Below, piece after piece: positions 59,417 to 64,000 of a stretch of 64,000 nt of DNA (position 1 is its first letter; the number at the start of each line of letters is the position of its first letter). The stretch lies in contig CAVWTN010000002.1 in NCBI GenBank assembly GCA_963757945.1, positions 458,262 through 522,261 of the forward strand. The letters run 5' to 3'. A program made the translations under genes and the position numbers. This stretch comes from Vulcanimicrobiota bacterium. Its GTDB lineage: Bacteria; Vulcanimicrobiota; Vulcanimicrobiia; Vulcanimicrobiales; Vulcanimicrobiaceae. The notes under the pieces were generated by a model. It was not told where the DNA came from and searched no databases. It saw only the letters and a list, made by a program, of their open reading frames with translations.

Positions 59417-60735
59417 GCACGATCGTCGAGCAGCCGAGAAACTTCTGCCCGCTGGGCGGCCAGCAAACCGTGCTCGCGATCGAGCGCGCGATCCCGATCG
59501 TCCACGCGGGGCCGGGCTGCTCGTCGATGCTCTTCGGCGGGCTCGCGATGGCGAACGGGTTCCAGGGTTCGGGTTATGCCGGCGGCGGAACGGTCCCGAG
59601 CACGAATGCGGGCGAACGCGAGGTCGTCTTCGGCGGCGAGGAGCGCCTGCGCGAAGAGATCGAAGGCGCGCTCCAAGTGCTCGACGCCGATCTCTACGTC
59701 GTGCTGACGGGCTGCACCGCGGACCTCGTCGGGGACGACGTCGCACAAGTCGTGCGGCCGTTCCGCGAGCGCGGCGTGCCGATCGTGCACGCCTCGACCG
59801 GCGGCTTCAAAGGGTACTCGTGCTTGGGGCACGAGCTCGTCGTGCGGGCGATCGTCGAGCAATTCCTGGAACCCGCGACCGCGACGATCCCGGGGCTCGT
59901 CAACGTGTGGTCGGTCGTGCCGTACAAGGACACGTTCTGGGCCGGGAATCTCGAGGCGATTCGCGAGTTGCTCGAAGGGATCGGGCTCGAGGCGAACATC
60001 CTCTTCGGCCACGATTCCGGCGGCGTCGCGGCCTGGCGCCGCGTCCCGGCGGCGCAATTCAACCTCGTCGTTTCGCCCTGGACGGGGCTCGCGATCGCGC
60101 ACGATCTCGAGGCGGCGTTCGGCACGCCGTACCTGCACTATCCGGTCTTCCCGATCGGCGCCGTCGAATCGAGCCGCTTCCTGCGGGAGGTCGGCGAGTT
60201 CGCCGGGATCGCGCCCGAGATCGTCGAGCGCTTCATCGAGCGCAAGGAGAACCGGTTCTATCACTACCTCGACCGCGCCGCCGACTTCTTCCTCGAAGCG
60301 CGCTGGGACTTGCCCGACCGTTTCGTCAGCATCGCCGATTCGTTTTACACGATCGGGATCGCGCGCTTCCTCGTGAACGAACTCGGCTTGTTGCCCGGGC
60401 ATCAATTCATCACCGACGATCCGCCGGAGGAGAGCCGCGCGCTCCTCTCCGATCTGCTCGCGAACCTCACGCCGAAGGTCTCGGCGCACGTCACGTTCAC
60501 GCACGACGGCGGCGAGATCGCAAACACGCTCCGCGCCCTGCGCAGCGACGAGAAGCCGATCGTCTTCGGCACGAGCTGGGACAAAGATATCGCGCGCGAA
60601 CTGCGCGGCTACAAACTCAGCATCGGCCTCCCGACGACCGACCGCATCGTCCTCGACCGCGCCTACGCCGGCTACGCCGGAGGCCTACGCCTCATCGAAG
60701 ACATGTACGCCGCCGTCCTCTCCAGCTCCCAATAG
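59413..60735 (+). CDS. nitrogenase component-1-like oxidoreductase, NifK/NifN-like subunit
   Basis: 440 aa, NifK/N-type region (CPLGGQQTVLAIERAIPIVHAGPGC). GTGA start/stop overlap with the preceding subunit gene. Confidence 0.65.
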   Translation: MSTIVEQPRNFCPLGGQQTVLAIERAIPIVHAGPGCSSMLFGGLAMANGFQGSGYAGGGTVPSTNAGEREVVFGGEERLREEIEGALQVLDADLYVVLTGCTADLVGDDVAQVVRPFRERGVPIVHASTGGFKGYSCLGHELVVRAIVEQFLEPATATIPGLVNVWSVVPYKDTFWAGNLEAIRELLEGIGLEANILFGHDSGGVAAWRRVPAAQFNLVVSPWTGLAIAHDLEAAFGTPYLHYPVFPIGAVESSRFLREVGEFAGIAPEIVERFIERKENRFYHYLDRAADFFLEARWDLPDRFVSIADSFYTIGIARFLVNELGLLPGHQFITDDPPEESRALLSDLLANLTPKVSAHVTFTHDGGEIANTLRALRSDEKPIVFGTSWDKDIARELRGYKLSIGLPTTDRIVLDRAYAGYAGGLRLIEDMYAAVLSSSQ

Positions 60736-60799
60736 TCGCGCCACCGTGACGTCAAGACTCGTCACGCTGAGCCTGTCGAAGCGCGCAGCGCCGACTCCT

Positions 60800-61318
60800 T
60801 CACAACGAGCGGGCGATGTCATCCATCCTAAGGATCATCCGGCGTGGATTCGACGGAAGTGACACGAAGCCGACACTCGCGTAGAGCTTGGTCGCTCCGG
60901 GAGATGCATCCAGCGCGACGTCGAGGACGACGAATGCCGAAGCGACGGTTGCCGACGGCGTGTGCGCCTCCCGGAGCGCGTGACTCAAGAGTTTTCGGCC
61001 GAGCCCTTGCCCTTCGTAGCGTTCGTCGACGGCGAAACGGCCGAGCAGGGTCGCAGGGACGGGGAAGGTTGGGCGCCCACGCCTGAAAGCGTCAGGAAGC
61101 CCCGTGAGTTCGAGGGTGCACGCCGAGAGCGTGAAAAATCCGGCGATCGCACCCGTGCGATCGGCCAAGACGTGGACCCGGGTCGTACGATTCTCGTGTT
61201 GTTTGCGAGCGCTCGTGCGCAGAAAGACGTTGAGGCTCTGCGCCCGGCAATGGAATCGATCGCGGAGATGGTGAGGCGCGAGCAGTTGTAGGTGAAAGCC
61301 GTCAGCCGCGAGCGGCAT
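60800..61318 (-). CDS. GNAT-family N-acetyltransferase toxin (TacT-like)
   Basis: GNAT fold motifs (RFAVDERYEGQGLGRKLL). Overlaps and is co-directional with the upstream DUF1778 antitoxin gene. Confidence 0.7.
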   Translation of the reverse strand: MPLAADGFHLQLLAPHHLRDRFHCRAQSLNVFLRTSARKQHENRTTRVHVLADRTGAIAGFFTLSACTLELTGLPDAFRRGRPTFPVPATLLGRFAVDERYEGQGLGRKLLSHALREAHTPSATVASAFVVLDVALDASPGATKLYASVGFVSLPSNPRRMILRMDDIARSL

Positions 61319-61586
61319 CAGGCCCGGTGAGCGCTAGCAATTCGCGCAGTTCAGGAAGCTCGCCGTGCCGCTCCCGCACGAGCAACTCCATGACGAGGCG
61401 GCTGTCGTCCTCGGTCAGCGTCCAGCGCTCGATGGAGGCCGCTGCTTCGTCCGCCTTCTCGATGACTGCCGCAATGATGAAATCGCTCATCGAACGCCCC
61501 GAGAGGGCCGCGATCTTCCGGACGCGCTCCTTCAGAGGCGCCGGAATCCGAAGGTCGACCCGTTCGGTGGCCGGAGTGGTCTTCAT
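61302..61586 (-). CDS. DUF1778-family antitoxin (TacA-like, RHH)
   Basis: 94 aa. MKTTPATERVDLRIPAPLKERVRKIAALSGRSMSDFIIAAV… is the DUF1778 signature. Start at ATG 61586. Confidence 0.7.
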   Translation of the reverse strand: MKTTPATERVDLRIPAPLKERVRKIAALSGRSMSDFIIAAVIEKADEAAASIERWTLTEDDSRLVMELLVRERHGELPELRELLALTGPDAARG

Positions 61587-61756
61587 GGTACGAATTGTAC
61601 GGCGCTTTACTGTACAACACCTCTGACCGTACGGTAATTGTCCGTACGTTCCGGCTATCGGGATCGTTGGGCTTCGGGCCTCCGTCTGTCCGTACGAAGG
61701 GTCTATCGCCACCCCAAGCCCCCGGCTGCCCTAGAGCGAAGTGGCGATAGGCGGCC

Positions 61757-62212
61757 TCATTTTCCGAAGAGCTGGAAGCGCGCGATGTTGAAGCGCAGAT
61801 AAAGATAGCAGCCGACGCAGAAGCCCGCGAGCGCCACCGCCGCGGCCAGCGCAGCGAACGACGAGAAGATCCAACCCACGAGCGGCGCGTGGGCGAGAAA
61901 CGCGATCTGCGCGATCCCGAGAAAGATCGTGGCGAGCGAGTTGTTGAAGCGCATCAAGCGGCGGTCCTCGGTTTCGGCCGTCGCGTTCCAGCGCGCGAAG
62001 ACGCGCGAGCCGATCTGATAGATCAGGCTCCCGCGCGAGCCGAACAGCGCGGCGCTCCCCAGGATCAGGAACAGGGCGGTCGTGATCAGCGGCTGCTGCA
62101 GCACGACCGCCGCGATGACGCCCAGCAACAGCGTCCAGCGGTTCAGCAGCACGATCGGCAGCGGAATGTCGGGTGCGCAGCCCTGCGGCACCGCTTGCGT
62201 CTCGCCGCTCAC
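61757..62212 (-). CDS. small membrane protein (DUF4395-like)
   Basis: 151 aa, about 4 TM helices. 4-bp overlap with the corrinoid-protein gene. Confidence 0.45.
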   Translation of the reverse strand: MSGETQAVPQGCAPDIPLPIVLLNRWTLLLGVIAAVVLQQPLITTALFLILGSAALFGSRGSLIYQIGSRVFARWNATAETEDRRLMRFNNSLATIFLGIAQIAFLAHAPLVGWIFSSFAALAAAVALAGFCVGCYLYLRFNIARFQLFGK

Positions 62213-62874
62213 GCGGGTTGCCTGCGGCTTTCGAGCAACGAGGTCGCGAGCTTCGCGGCGGAAGCTGCGTTTCCGGCGTAGCCGTCGGCGCCGATCTTGC
62301 GCGCGAACGCGGCGGAGATCGGCCCTCCGCCCACGATCACGCTAAAGCGTTCGCGCAGTTGCTCGCGTTCCAGCAGGCGGACGATCTCGGCCATGTTCTC
62401 CATCGTCGTCGTCATCAGCGTCGAGACGGCGATGATGTCGGCCCCCGTCTCCTTCGCGCGTTCGACGAAGACGTGCGGCGCGATGTCGCGGCCGAGATCG
62501 ACGACGTCGAAGCCGGCGGTCTCGAGCATCATCTTGACGAGATTCTTGCCGATGTCGTGCGTGTCGCCTTCCACGACGCCGATCACGACGGTGCCCTTCT
62601 TGCCGCCCGCATCGACGCGCACGTGCGGGCGCAGGATGTCCAGCCCCGCGTACATCGCATCGGAGCAGAGCAGCAGCTCGGGGATGAAATACTCTTCTTC
62701 TTCGAAGAGCTGCCCCGCGCGCTCCATGCCGTGCGCGAGCCCTCGGTCGATCGCGGCGTACGCGTCGAGGCTCTCGTCGACGACCCGGTTCGCGTTCTCG
62801 ACGGCTTTCTCGGCGTCCATCTCGACGACGGCGTCGGAAAGGTTCGAGAGCAGATTCACTTCGAGGCTAGACAT
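62209..62874 (-). CDS. cobalamin-binding corrinoid protein (methyltransferase cognate, MtbC/MttC-like)
   Basis: B12-binding N-terminal cap plus Rossmann B12 domain with DxHxxG (GDTHDIGKNLV). Start at ATG 62874. Confidence 0.75.
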   Translation of the reverse strand: MSSLEVNLLSNLSDAVVEMDAEKAVENANRVVDESLDAYAAIDRGLAHGMERAGQLFEEEEYFIPELLLCSDAMYAGLDILRPHVRVDAGGKKGTVVIGVVEGDTHDIGKNLVKMMLETAGFDVVDLGRDIAPHVFVERAKETGADIIAVSTLMTTTMENMAEIVRLLEREQLRERFSVIVGGGPISAAFARKIGADGYAGNAASAAKLATSLLESRRQPA

Positions 62875-64000
62875 ATTCGAGTCTCCTTTGGGCCGGTTCG
62901 GGAACGTTCGCGACCGCGGGGGCCTCGAAGCCGAGGCTCGCGACGAAGGTCTTCTGGAACTCGGGGAACGTCGCCAGATCGAGCGCGTCGACGCGCCCCG
63001 CGACCTGGGCCATCGCGGCGCGGGCGGGCGCATTGACGAGCAGCGCGCGGCCGCCCGTCTTCGAGGTGTTGCCGAGAAACGTGATGCGCCCCGCGAACGC
63101 GCGCGGCAAGAGTCCCAAGCGAAACAGGCTCTCCGCGCGCACGTGGTAGCCGAACGAGCCTGCGATGAAGACGCGATCGACCGCTTCGGGCGCGACGCCG
63201 GCCTGCGCGAGCAACATCTCGATCCCGCACCGCACGGCGCCCTTCGCGAGCTGGACGTGCCGGATGTCGCGCTGCGTCAGATGCACCCCGGGCGCAAGCG
63301 CGAACGCGGGCTTGCGCTCGCGTTCCACGATGTGCCGCGCGAACTGCGGCGCGAGCTCCGCCGTTTTGCGCAGCCTGCCCGCTCGATCGACGATGCCGCG
63401 CGCGACGAGCGCGCCGGCCGCGTCGAGCAAGCCGCTGCCGCACAGCCCGGCGGGATCGGCGCCGCCGATGACGCCCAGGCTCACCTCGCCGTCCTCGCCG
63501 ATCTCCACGCTCTCGATCGCGCCGCTCGCTGCGCGCATGCCGCAGCTGATGTTCATGCCCTCGAACGCGGGGCCCGCGGCCGTCGACGTCGCCGTCAGCT
63601 TGCCGTCGACGGCGAGCACCATCTCGCCGTTCGTGCCGATGTCGATGAAGAGCGAGACGCCCGCCAGCGTCTGCAGGCGCGCGGCGAGGATCCCCGAGGT
63701 GATATCCGCACCGACGAACCCCGAGATGACCGGCGGCAAGTAGATCGCGCCGCCCTCGGCGAGCGCCAGGCCGTGCTCGCGCGCGTCGAGCAGCGCCGGC
63801 AGCTCCAGATTCGAGAGATACGGAGACTTGCCCAGCGTCGCCGGATCCGTTCCGGTCGCGAGGTGGAGCATGCACGTGTTGCCGCTGTAGACGACCTCGT
63901 AAATATCTGCGCGCCGCACGCCCGCGGCCGCCGCGACCTCGTCGAGCAGGTCGCCGAGCGCGCCCGCGACGGCCGCGTGCAGCTCTTGCAGCCCGCCGGG
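62867..64000 (-). CDS. corrinoid activation/regeneration protein (RACo-type ASKHA ATPase), 5'-truncated by window edge
   Basis: ASKHA/DUF4445-like C-terminal domain (FIDIGTNGEMVL…AGSFG…). The reading frame stays open to the window end, so the N-terminal part lies beyond 64000. Confidence 0.65.
   Translation of the reverse strand, partial: PGGLQELHAAVAGALGDLLDEVAAAAGVRRADIYEVVYSGNTCMLHLATGTDPATLGKSPYLSNLELPALLDAREHGLALAEGGAIYLPPVISGFVGADITSGILAARLQTLAGVSLFIDIGTNGEMVLAVDGKLTATSTAAGPAFEGMNISCGMRAASGAIESVEIGEDGEVSLGVIGGADPAGLCGSGLLDAAGALVARGIVDRAGRLRKTAELAPQFARHIVERERKPAFALAPGVHLTQRDIRHVQLAKGAVRCGIEMLLAQAGVAPEAVDRVFIAGSFGYHVRAESLFRLGLLPRAFAGRITFLGNTSKTGGRALLVNAPARAAMAQVAGRVDALDLATFPEFQKTFVASLGFEAPAVANVPEPAQRRLEYV

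Overview
High-GC (~70%) bacterial chromosome segment with dense gene packing. The core-metabolism part carries a 2-oxoacid dehydrogenase E1alpha/E1beta/E2 operon, glycogen phosphorylase and phosphoglucomutase, a queD-queE-mqnB-mqnD operon, glycolate-oxidase-like glcD/glcE, trxB and a peroxiredoxin, ABC and RND transporters, TldD/PmbA, a malic enzyme, and one tRNA-Leu(GAG). The standout accessory region is an ~11 kb, 18-gene minus-strand gas-vesicle (gvp) operon at 27551..38382. It contains two gvpA copies, gvpJ, gvpS, gvpK, gvpG, gvpN and four gvpF/L paralogs, and in addition non-canonical partners: a CDC48/VAT-like double-AAA+ ATPase, an Hsp20 (GvpH-like), two paralogous DnaJ-type CxxCxGxG zinc-finger proteins, a novel coiled-coil paralog pair ('GvpX'), and a GvpL-TPR fusion. 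Directly upstream sit a sensor-less histidine kinase and a LuxR-type response regulator. Both gvpA promoters share conserved palindromic elements. A second item of interest is a NifD/NifK-like gene pair with no nifH in the window. It is preceded by a leader ORF with three consecutive Cys codons and an intrinsic terminator, and it lies next to a corrinoid protein and RACo genes. Two type II toxin-antitoxin pairs (MazF/RHH, TacAT) are present. No CRISPR array, no rRNA and no obvious transposon or prophage were seen. All calls rest on by-eye motif and family recognition of the translated ORFs; no database search was run.
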